From Octopus bimaculoides (taxonomy: Eukaryota), in NCBI RefSeq assembly GCF_001194135.2, contig NC_068994.1:47971873-48035872 (forward strand): a stretch of DNA of 64,000 nucleotides. Direction: 5' to 3'. Shown here one piece after another: positions 1-64,000 of the stretch. A model generated the notes under the pieces. It was not told the origin of the DNA. It did not search any database and was given only the letters and a program-made list of their open reading frames with translations. Positions within the stretch are counted from its first letter, which is position 1. Every line of letters begins with the position of its first letter. A program made the translations under genes and the position numbers.

Positions 1-2214
1 AAAATCGATGTGTATGTTGTAAAAATAAATAAATAGATGTAAAAGTATTAAAAAAAAAACAACTAGCCAACTAGGGATTTATTTAGCAATGGTGGTAGTG
101 TTGCTAGCACCAACTCTTGTCTAGTAGCTAATTACTTTCTTGCTTTCACTACTAAGCAACCAGCTAGCTATGTATAAGCTTTGTAGCGCTGGGTGGTGGT
201 GACGGTGGTACTTGTGATTCTATCACTAACTTTTGCATAGTTGCTTAATTACTTCCTTGTTTTACTAACCAAACAGTTAAACAAATAGGGAGGGGATATA
301 TTAAAAATAAGCAAATCTCAAATGACACCCTAACATCCATTATAAAGGATGCATTGCCTCAACGTGTTATAATTCCATTCACATCTAGAATGCATAATGG
401 GAATAAAAATCCGAATAGTACTTGATTGGTACTTTATTTTATCGTACCCAAAAGGATAAAAGGCACAGTTAACTTAACAAGATTTGATCTTATAAACGTT
501 AAAGGACCGTACTTAAATATTACAAGGCATTTTTTTTTTTTTACCGGACCGTAACTTTTTTGGTCATAGGTTTGCTGAATCTGAGCTAAACAACACCAGC
601 AACAATCAACTAGGAACTTGGCAACGGTCGGTAGTTGTAGGTGTGTGATGCTAGCACCAACTCTTTGCCTAGTTTTCTTTAATAAATGCTCTCGCTTCAC
701 TGTGAGCTAAAAACTAGGGACTTGATAGCAGCAGCGGCAACAATAGTGGTAGTGAGGACCGACGAGCTCTTGCTTAGTTGCTTATTAATTTTCTTATTTT
801 ACTGGCAACTAACGAAACAAGCAAGCAAGCAACCAATTATCAACGCAACCCTAACACTACACCCATCTCATCTCCTTCGCTCACCATGTCACTATTGCAC
901 GTAGGCACAAGCTGCTTATACCTCTTTCTCTCTTTCTTTCTTTCTCGCCCAACATGAATATTTATAACGTTTATATTTGAAAATAAACGAACAAACATAA
1001 ATAACCACCACTAAACAAGGTCACCATATTTACAATCGTGCTTGTGTTGTTGTTGTCAGTGTTAGAGATGGCGGTGGTGTTTCAGTGTTGACGTGTTTTG
1101 TTGGGGGCTAAGTGGTATTCTTTTATTGTTGCTGTTGTGTTAGTGATGTAGAGGAAGTTATGAACTACTATTACTGCTGTACTTGCACTGATCCATTAAC
1201 TTGTGTTGTTTAAACCCAAATCAGCCCTAATCGATTAGCGACGTTCCAGCCATGTCTATCCCCTCTTTTATTCAAATAGTTTTATGTAGGACTACTTGTG
1301 TCCTATTTTTTTCAACACAGTAGTGTGTCTGTGTGAATTAAGGGAGGTTTAGCTACTGTTTCTAGCAGGTCCAGCGACTACGGTCATTACTACAATTTTT
1401 GCTTGCATACAAACATTAATTGATTTGGTGTGTTGTATAGCCCCGAGTAAAACCTACACGAGCAAACCTATAGACAAAAGCACTCCATTTCTGACCATAT
1501 CGTCTTTTTATTTCAAACCATGCATCGAGGACCATCGAATAATATCCCTTTTAAAAAGACTAGGGTGTTATTTGGAAGAAGATTCGGTTGCTTTTAAGCA
1601 GATCGTGCGACCGATTAGAGGAGGCTTCCTCGTTTGTCTCAATGGTAGTGTGTGTGTGTGTGTTGGTCCAGAGGAATATCAGTGGTGTGATGAAGTGAGC
1701 TAGTTACATACACACACTCACATTCACACATGCTAACATACACATACACGGCCTTCAACATTCATCCCCCCTCCCTCACTCTGTCTCTCAACTACCAACT
1801 GCTATCATATATTGTGAAGGCGACGTCGGTGCCCGAAGCAGGAGTAGTAATAGTAGAGGAAGCAGCAGCAGAAGTGGTAGTAGCAGTAGTAGTTGTCTGA
1901 AACCTTGCACTGCTTTTTAGCAATGTAGCTAGTCAGCCTGAGAAACTTGCTTCAACATGCAACTAATCTTGCTGGATTTGCGTGTTTCCTACATATATAT
2001 ATATATATATACACACACACATACATACATGCGTCTATATATGTATATATAATGGGTGTATATATATATGTGTGTGTCTATGTATTATTGACTTTGTGCT
2101 TTACGTGTGTTGCTGTGTGAGTGAGAGAGGGAGTGCTGTGTGAGTGAGGAAGTGGGGAAATAGGTGGGAGATCGTTTGTCCCTGTTTCATGTAACTCACC
2201 CTATGCCCCTTACA

Positions 2215-2560
2215 CATGCTCTCATTTCTGTCTCTCTTTTTTTTCTCTCTCTCTCTTATCTAACCTTCATCTAGACTTCCTCCCTTGTCCCTCTTATCTA
2301 ATTTTCACGTATTCTTCGTCTCCCTCCTCGCTCTTCTTTCTCTGTTTCTCTTTCCCTCTCCACCACAATTCCTACCTCCTCCTCCTCTTCCCTCTTGCTA
2401 ATCATCACTCATACCTTATAATCTTTCTCCTCGTCCTCCTCCCCTCGTTCGTCCTTGCAGTTGATTTATCCCTCCTTCCTCTTACCCCTCTCTCTTTCTC
2501 TCTATCTCCATCTCTCACCATTCCTCCACTAAAATCACCAACTCAATATTTAGTTCTTAT
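2215..2560. repeat. Long imperfect polypyrimidine (CT/CCT) tract
   Basis: About 350 nt of almost pure C/T on the + strand. Confidence 0.9.
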
Positions 2561-2599
2561 ACTATCTCAACTATCAGTCAATTTCCCAGCGTTCCTTGC

Positions 2600-3762
2600 T
2601 GCGTACACGCACACACACACACACATGTACGCGTACTCCGGCTAAGCCCCCCCCTCATACTCACACACTCCTCTATATAGTTTAAGCCGTGCGCTCCAAA
2701 TACATACATAAACACACACACACACATACGCATACATACAACGAGAGCACTGAGCATTTAATAGTTGTTGATGGCGATGGCGATACATTAATAATAATAA
2801 TAATAGTAGTACTGGTGATGTAGCAGTAGCACTATTGGTGGTGGTGGTGGTGGTAACGGTGATGATAAAGCTATATTAGTGTTGTGGTAGCGGTGGTGCC
2901 AGCGATTGATATCGAAGTAGTAGTAGTAGTAGTAGCGGTGGTGGTAAACGAAGTAGTAGTTCAGTTCTTGTTACCGTTGTGGTTGGTGGTGGTGGTGTTG
3001 TTGTTGGGGGTGGTGGTTCTGCCAGCAGGTAGTGGTAGTAGTAGCAGTAGTAGCGGCAGCAGCAGCAGTAGCTGTGTTTTGTAGTAGCAGTAGTAGTGGT
3101 AACAGTTGTGTTTTCTTTTTTGGCAGTAGTTGTAGTAGTAGTAGTAGTAGTAGTAGTAGTATCAGCAGCAAGTGCTGCTGCAGTCGTTATGGTAGTGGTA
3201 GTAGAGTAACAACCACTCTACTACATACGTACAATCTGGCGCAAACCCTCACTGCCACTACCGCCGCCGCCGCTACCAACAACAACAACAGTCGCAATTA
3301 AAGACTACACACATACACACATATATATATATATACACATCGTGTGTCTGTGTAAGCAAGTGTGTTGTCTAACCATAAGAGAGATAGGAAGCCTGGCTAT
3401 GTGCTAGCTTATAGCTAGCGTGCTGTGGATGGGGTTTCTGGCCCAGGCTACAGATAAAAATAGCTTCACCTGTCTGACGTTACACATGGACTCATCAACT
3501 CCACTATATATTATTGTACAGTCGTCGCTTATTTACCACTAACTACACTTTTTCTCCACTCCTTTGGGCATATTTGAAGATTTCTTTTAAAGAATTTCTT
3601 TGTTTCTCTCTCTCTCTCTTTCTCTCTCTCTCAAAGGAAACATGTACCGAACGACGACGGATTGGTGTTGTTGCCAGATTTTAGTTTAGTTTTCAAAAAA
3701 GCCTTACACATTTCTTTGTTCAGAAATTTTAACTCTCCTCATTCCTCCCCGCACATGAACAG

Positions 3763-3793
<31 letters not shown>

Positions 3794-4443
3794 GTTAAAC
3801 TCAAAACGCGTTGGCGTCGACGCTGACAACAACACGAAGCAGACTGTATTTCTCTCTCTCTCCTTTTCTTTCTATCTATCTCTATCTCTCTCTCTCTCTT
3901 AAGTGGATATGTTGTCGCCGGTGCTTGTTTCAATCTCCAGTGGTCGGCTTTGATGAAAAAGACGGCGGTGGGATGTGGTGAAATACCAACAACCACTAAC
4001 CATCACAGCAGCAACACCAGCAGACAACAGAACACAACACCACAACCACACCACATCAGTGGTCAACGATGGAAAAGATCGGTCCCCAGTTGGACTTCAG
4101 AAGGACTTGTAGATACATTTGTCAATCTGAATGACATCCGTAGCAAAGGACGGGTAGCCCAGTCAACTACCACATATCTCCATTTTTTCTTTTTTTTTTT
4201 TTTTCCTTTTTTTTTTAGGGGGGTCCCTTGGTTACCACCATTGAAGAGTGGACACGTGCTATATGTACATATATAATATATATAGCAACACATTCAAAAG
4301 TTAAATTTATTTTGTCTTCTCCCTCATTGATAATCTTATTATACATCCTCTGATATATAGATATAAATATATATAAATATATATATATATCTACCTATAT
4401 GTATATATATCTATATATCTAGTATATATAAACTTCTTCCACC
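2600..4443 (+). promoter_or_regulatory. Probable LDB promoter and 5-prime UTR region
   Basis: CpGs are retained relative to the gene body; TATATAG near 2673; CT-rich and CAA/GTA repeats directly upstream of the ATG. The TSS cannot be located. Confidence 0.4.
2760..3300. repeat. Compound trinucleotide repeats (GTA/GTG/GCA, then TAC/CGC/CAA)
   Basis: Directly visible; source of the low-complexity ORFs at 2884-3301. Confidence 0.95.
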
Positions 4444-57828
<53,385 letters not shown>

Positions 57829-57834
57829 CATCAG

Positions 57835-57837
57835 ACA

Positions 57838-57872
<35 letters not shown>

Positions 57873-58871
57873 ATACAGACAGAAAAACAAGATAATAGAC
57901 ACACACACACACTTGGACGTAAACATACACACACAGAGACATGAACATTATAATATATATATATGTATAATATATATATACATAATACAATACAAAAACT
58001 GATGTGCAGCGTATGTGACAATGAGTGTCAGATGGTTTGGCTGCTTGCTCCTCCTCCTCTTCCTACTTCTCATCCTCCTCCTCCTCCTCCGACATCATCA
58101 TCATCGTCGTCGTCATTCACACACTCACACACACATATATATATATATGTATGTATGTATATACATACATACACACACACATACATGTACACAAAAATAC
58201 ATAAACACGCCCACACACACACAATTCCATATTGTCATTGGCAACATTATATTTTCCTGGACAAATGTGAGTGTTGGTGCCTCTTTGTCGGCAAATATGT
58301 TTACTACCATTACTACTACTACTACTATATTACTATTAACTACTACCACCACCACTATTTTATCATCACCAACACGACCATCACTGCTACTACTACTACT
58401 ACTACTACTATTATTACTACTTTTCCTATTGGTCACTTTGTATAAAAGCTGCCACTACACAGTCTCTCTCTCTTTTTCTGTTGATTTGAAGAGAAAGAAA
58501 AAGAAAAGGGAAAAAAAAAAAAGAAAATGAAATTCGATAAAGATAAAATCTTGCAGTAATAATTTCCAAAGAGAAAAATAAGTATTTAAAAATTTTTTTT
58601 TTAAATTAGAAACATAAATACAAAAAGAAAAAAACAACTGCAATAATAACAACAGCAAACAACAATAATAATAATAATAACATCAACAACAACAATGACA
58701 GAATGAGATGGAAAAGAGAAAGAGGGAGAAGAGAAGGGACGGGTGATGGAGAGAGAAAGATTTTTAAACAAAAGCCCGTTTGATAGTTCGGCTCTTATAA
58801 ATTATAATAGTAATAATTATAGCCGCTTTTATATATATTTGTGTGTACGTGTGCATATATCTTACATAATG

Positions 58872-58903
<32 letters not shown>

Positions 58904-59000
58904 AATACACACATGCACAAATATATAATATAGCGTCTATATATATATATTATATAAAGTTTATCAATTTTTACTTCATTCATCTTCATCCCCCCCTCAC
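57835..59000 (+). repeat. Simple-repeat-rich proximal 3-prime UTR or flank of LDB (CA, TA, CCT, CAT, TAC, AAC)
   Basis: Directly visible downstream of the stop; all track ORFs here are repeat translations. Confidence 0.85.
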
Positions 59001-60034
59001 ACCCTAGTGGGTGCATGTATGGCTCACTCTATCCCTAAAGTAATCCCTACCACCACAATCTCCCCTGCCTTAGTTTTTTTTTTATGTTTTTGTTTTTTTT
59101 TAATTTTTATTTGTTTGTTTTTTAAAACTTATATTCCAATTTTGTTGTCATCTACTCTCTCTCTCTCTTTTTCTCACACAGTTTCTCTCTCCTCAACCAT
59201 CTCTCTCTCTCTCTCTTTCTCACAATGTCTCTTCATCCCTGTCTGTCTTGGAGGGGATGGTCGGTCCTTCTGTTGTTCTGTTATAAACTTTGATTGATTC
59301 ATTCTCCACTTATATTCTTGCATGTAGTCGACAAAGCACTCCCGTTCTTCTCTTCTTCTTTTTCACTGAGGTATCAGTCATTCAACTGTGGCCATGCTGG
59401 GGCACCACCTTCTAGAAAGAATCTAGTCAGTCAATTTAATTTATATAAATTCCTGGCACAAGTTTTACCATCTTGTACTTTATAACGAGCCAATGCTGGA
59501 GCTTACACAAGGTCGCTCTGCTTGCTAGACATAGTAGCTAGACCTCCCTCTAATCATACCTGTTAGTCTGGGATACACTCTGCCTAGAAAGAAAAGATGG
59601 GATATTCAAGGCTGCTGCTCATACAACCATCTTGGAGCTAGGAAAAAAGAAAAACTATTACTTATTTTATTGACCTCAGATGGAAGATAAAATAAGTTCT
59701 TGGAGATCAAAGTCTTTTTCTTTCTCTCACTCTTTCTCTCTCTCCTCCCTTCTTAAGTGTAGAATCCTTACAGAACTTTTCTTTTTCTTTTGTATATAAG
59801 ATTAGATAACAGTATTCCTCTTCATTAATTGATGAATTTGATTTAAAAAAAAGGACAATAGTTTACATTAGTTACTGTTATTTATAAGCTGTGTGTGGTT
59901 TGCTGTTATTGTTGTTCACAAACCTGAAGAAGAAAAATTTGTCGTTCTCTTCAGCTCCACAGATCATGTAAGTTTTGTACTTAGTACCTTCTCTGTTCTC
60001 GCTCTCTCTCTTTCTCCGTATGTATATATATATA

Positions 60035-60075
<41 letters not shown>

Positions 60076-60663
60076 NNNNNNNNNNNNNNNNNNNNNNNNN
60101 NNNNNNNNNNNNNNNNNNNNNNNNNNNNNNNNNNNNNNNNNNNNNNNNNNNNNNNNNNNNNNNNNNNNNNNNNNNNNNNNNNNNNNNNNNNNNNNNNNNN
60201 NNNNNNNNNNNNNNNNNNNNNNNNNNNNNNNNNNNNNNNNNNNNNNNNNNNNNNNNNNNNNNNNNNNNNNNNNNNNNNNNNNNNNNNNNNNNNNNNNNNN
60301 NNNNNNNNNNNNNNNNNNNNNNNNNNNNNNNNNNNNNNNNNNNNNNNNNNNNNNNNNNNNNNNNNNNNNNNNNNNNNNNNNNNNNNNNNNNNNNNNNNNN
60401 NNNNNNNNNNNNNNNNNNNNNNNNNNNNNNNNNNNNNNNNNNNNNNNNNNNNNNNNNNNNNNNNNNNNNNNNNNNNNNNNNNNNNNNNNNNNNNNNNNNN
60501 NNNNNNNNNNNNNNNNNNNNNNNNNNNNNNNNNNNNNNNNNNNNNNNNNNNNNNNNNNNNNNNNNNNNNNNNNNNNNNNNNNNNNNNNNNNNNNNNNNNN
60601 NNNNNNNNNNNNNNNNNNNNNNNNNNNNNNNNNNNNNNNNNNNNNNNNNNNNNNNNNNNNNNN
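60076..60663. other. Assembly gap within (TA)n
   Basis: N run. Confidence 1.
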
Positions 60664-60703
<40 letters not shown>

Positions 60704-61756
60704 ACATATATATATATATATATATATATATTACATATATACATAATATATTATATGTATATGATATATATTACATACATATATATATATGTTACGTATA
60801 TATTACATGCATATATATAAACATATGGTCTGTCAGTTGTTACACAATAAATATATTAAGTCAAAACAGAACAATGAAATAAGAACAGACCAGAAGTTAG
60901 CTCTTGAAATCTGGATATAATGATTGGTTTATTACAGCCCCGAGAAAACACTGAGTCCAGGATTAGCCACACTTTTCATTGAAGTTTGATGACAGTTATT
61001 ATCTGCGACATAAACTGATTGATAACTCCATCCAAAAGAAAGAAATGTTGCTTCGTCTGACCAAATTGTGCAACCAAATAGGTATCAATGTCTCCTTGCA
61101 GATTTGACCTTGATGACGAAAATGCAGTGCTGCAATGTAATTGACTCGTATTTCTGAAATGAAGATTATGTACATATAATTTTATATAGTATTATTCAGC
61201 TAATGAAAACTTTGTTAGCAATAGCAATTACACTCCATAGTCAAGTATCACAACATTAGTGTGTAACAACTTGGATCAGGCCATGTGTGTATTTGTCAAA
61301 CACAAACACACACACACACACAAGTACACACTCACACACGTATGTATTTGTGCCCCAGCATGGCTACAGTCAAATGATTAATGTGAATAAAAGGAATGTG
61401 CGTATGTGTGCATTTATATATCAAAGTTTTTTTTTTTTTTCAATGACTGATAAAAGTGAAAAGTGTGAATATGTGTATATAAAAAATATCACATAGATGT
61501 GTATACATATAAAAATATATATGTATGTGTGTGTGTGTGTGTTTCTATCTACCCACTCAAATGAAATGTTCTTAGCTTCATTTCCTTCCCACCTTTTGCT
61601 CTCTCTCTTAAATATATATTCTTCTCACCACCTACCTACCTACCTACCTCTCTTGTAATCTAACTAAAAACAGAAGGGTTCTCATTTTGCTATTCTTTCT
61701 CTCTATGGACATTGACCTCCCAAGTTGTATGTTACTCTCTTCATAACCCCCACCCC

Positions 61757-62040
61757 NNNNNNNNNNNNNNNNNNNNNNNNNNNNNNNNNNNNNNNNNNNN
61801 NNNNNNNNNNNNNNNNNNNNNNNNNNNNNNNNNNNNNNNNNNNNNNNNNNNNNNNNNNNNNNNNNNNNNNNNNNNNNNNNNNNNNNNNNNNNNNNNNNNN
61901 NNNNNNNNNNNNNNNNNNNNNNNNNNNNNNNNNNNNNNNNNNNNNNNNNNNNNNNNNNNNNNNNNNNNNNNNNNNNNNNNNNNNNNNNNNNNNNNNNNNN
62001 NNNNNNNNNNNNNNNNNNNNNNNNNNNNNNNNNNNNNNNN
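61757..62040. other. Assembly gap
   Basis: N run. Confidence 1.
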
Positions 62041-64000
62041 AAGAGAAAAACGAAAATTGAAAAAGAGAGAGTGATCTCTTGCAAATAATGTTGAAAGGAA
62101 GAAGAAAAATTTGAAATTATATAAATGTCTATATAAAAAAAAAACAAAAAAAAAGAAAATGGAAAAAACCTGGGAATTAATGATATTTTGTGTTCATTTC
62201 TCTTATTTATTTTATCTTGACTTATCTTCATTTTGTTGTTCGACTGATTGAGAAATTCTGTAAAAAAAAAAATGTTGGCGGTGCTGTCTTTTCCTACTTC
62301 CTAGTCCCATCACATGTTCAAATATCACCACCATGGCAACGATTAATCCTCACCTCTCTTTCCTCTTCCTTTAGAAATCTATAAAACAAAAAGATCCGTC
62401 GAATATAGCTTGACTGTATACAACACCCACTTCAAAGAAAAAAAATTTTTTAAACTATCAAGTATTTGCTTTTACACTTGAATTATTGAAGCCTGCTCTT
62501 TCAAAAGTTTTCATAGATTTAATTGTCAATAAATTTCACAAGTTATATAGGGAAGCTTGTATGTGAATCAGAGATATTAATTATAGCATGCCTTTTTAAA
62601 ACAATAACAAAATTAACGCTTTCTCTCTTTTCACTGGCTTCTGTCGTTCGACTATAACCATCTGGGGCACTATCTTCTGAGATATAGTTGATTACATCAA
62701 CACCTTCTTAGTGCTAATTTTTTTAGTGACCACAGAAGAATGAAAAACAAAATAGACATGAGCAGGATTTAATCTCCAAACAATGTAATACCTATATCTG
62801 TTCTATCAGTTCTGCAGTCCAGCCCATAATTTACATAATTAATCATCATTCACATAGTGTGTATTGGTCAATTCTTCATGACCATATAAATACCGGTTCT
62901 ACATATACACAAACATATACATACACGAGCAGAATAAAAGTGGAGATTTGGTTTAAGATTTTTTTTTATTTATTTTTTTTTTTTGTTATAAACATCATAA
63001 ATTAGTGTTTACACGTGTTTCACTAGCATCTACTAGTATACCATGTGGTAACCATTACAAAGATGATTGCATAATTACATTATAACACCAGATCATCAGA
63101 AAGGAAGCGTAATTTAATCCAGCATCAGTTGGTTAGCAGAGCCCAACTGAGAACTGCATGTATATTCAGAATATTCTATATATAGCCATTAAAAGGATTT
63201 TTTTTATTTTATTTCATCTGTCTATATATAATTAGATGGTTATCAATATAAAGAATAGTATACAGTCTTAACCAGATTACACACAGACAGCATGACACAA
63301 GTTCCAAATCATATCTTATGGATTGTCTTATCTATAGATGGTCACTTAAGATATTTAAAGTCAAAATTATTTTACATCAACTCTGGAGTTGATATATATA
63401 TATATATATTATTCTCCGAACCTTTCTGGTTTAAGCCACAGTTTGGTTTTCCTTTAAGAAAAATATTCATCTCATCAGTGCTGTAAATAAATTCATATAT
63501 TTTATTCATAGTTTAAGTTGAATATTTTTACCTTTTCTATCCTCATAGAAGATCCATGAAACTTTACAATTAATTTACTTTAATTTCTAGTTAACAACAA
63601 TTATTACCTTATTTATTACTGTGTCGTTACAAGTTTTTAGATATTTTACTCTGAGAATTAAGTTCAATTTGTGCGTGGATGGCCCCCTTCCCCCCATTCA
63701 TTATGTATCATAAACGAAGCTTAGCCTTCTGCTTGGTATAAACATGACCAAACTCTTTGTTCAATGCCAGGAATGATGTTGCCTAATTCATATAATAAAT
63801 AAATAAATATGTATATATAAATAAATATATATTATCATTATTATTATCTTTCATCGAATCCTATCTATCTATCTTTATCTTTCTGTCCCTTCCCATTTTG
63901 AGTCACTGACGGAACAACCAGATAAATGTGTTCTGAAGATTTGCTCAGTTGTTTCAAGTCTTCTACTTCCATGAAGCAGAAGCAACGTTGGGGAGGAGGA

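Noticed and set aside
2884-3301. Poly-V/L/S/T ORFs from the ORF track
   Set aside because: Translations of trinucleotide repeats; no domain or splice support.
60846-60851. AATAAA as the LDB polyA signal
   Set aside because: The hexamer is frequent in this AT-rich DNA; the 3-prime end cannot be placed without transcripts.
60940-61140. Faint RT-like peptides (TLSP..LF, LADL..DD); also SFYLGD near 15040
   Set aside because: Too degenerate to call without a profile search.

Overview
AT-rich, microsatellite- and SINE-dense animal genomic DNA with five N gaps. The repeat landscape suggests an octopus (inference). One conserved gene spans the window on the + strand: the LIM-domain-binding cofactor LDB (Chip/LDB1/LDB2 family), with coding exons from 4444 to 57828. 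Joining the exons at canonical splice sites gives MNSDPFYSSFSTYYRRHTPYNNMGQPEYRIYDLNKRLQQRTE|ESDNLWWDAFATEFFEDDATLTLTFCLEDGLKRYT|IGRTLIPRYFRSIFEGGITDLYYLLKHPKESFHNTTISLDCDQAMMITHHGKPMFTK|VVTEGRLILEFTFDDLMRIRSWHFATRQHRELIPRSVIAMQ|QDPAMVEQLSKNITRQGLTNYTLNFLR|LCVILEPMQELMSRHKAYGLNPRDCLKTTLFQKWQRMVAPP|[gap]IASTAPG|DVMVVGEPTLMGGEFGDEDERLITRLENTQYEPNG...EEKTD*. This covers the dimerization domain, LCCD and LIM-interaction domain (LID). The NLS exon appears to fall mostly in the gap at 56028-56123. The rest is intron: tRNA-derived SINEs, an RTE-LINE remnant, piggyBac- and hAT-type MITEs and simple repeats. There are no prokaryotic features or CRISPR arrays. The most interesting signals are candidate isoform-generating features absent from the ORF track: an N-terminal peptide that doubles as a splice acceptor, three candidate alternative start exons in or next to CpG-rich patches of the 27-kb first intron, two candidate recursive splice sites, a 72-nt SP-rich in-frame cassette exon, and tandem donors that could lengthen the linker or remove the LID. 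All are sequence-only hypotheses; pseudo-exons are common in DNA like this and RNA-seq is needed. Repeat boundaries and CpG counts are manual and approximate.
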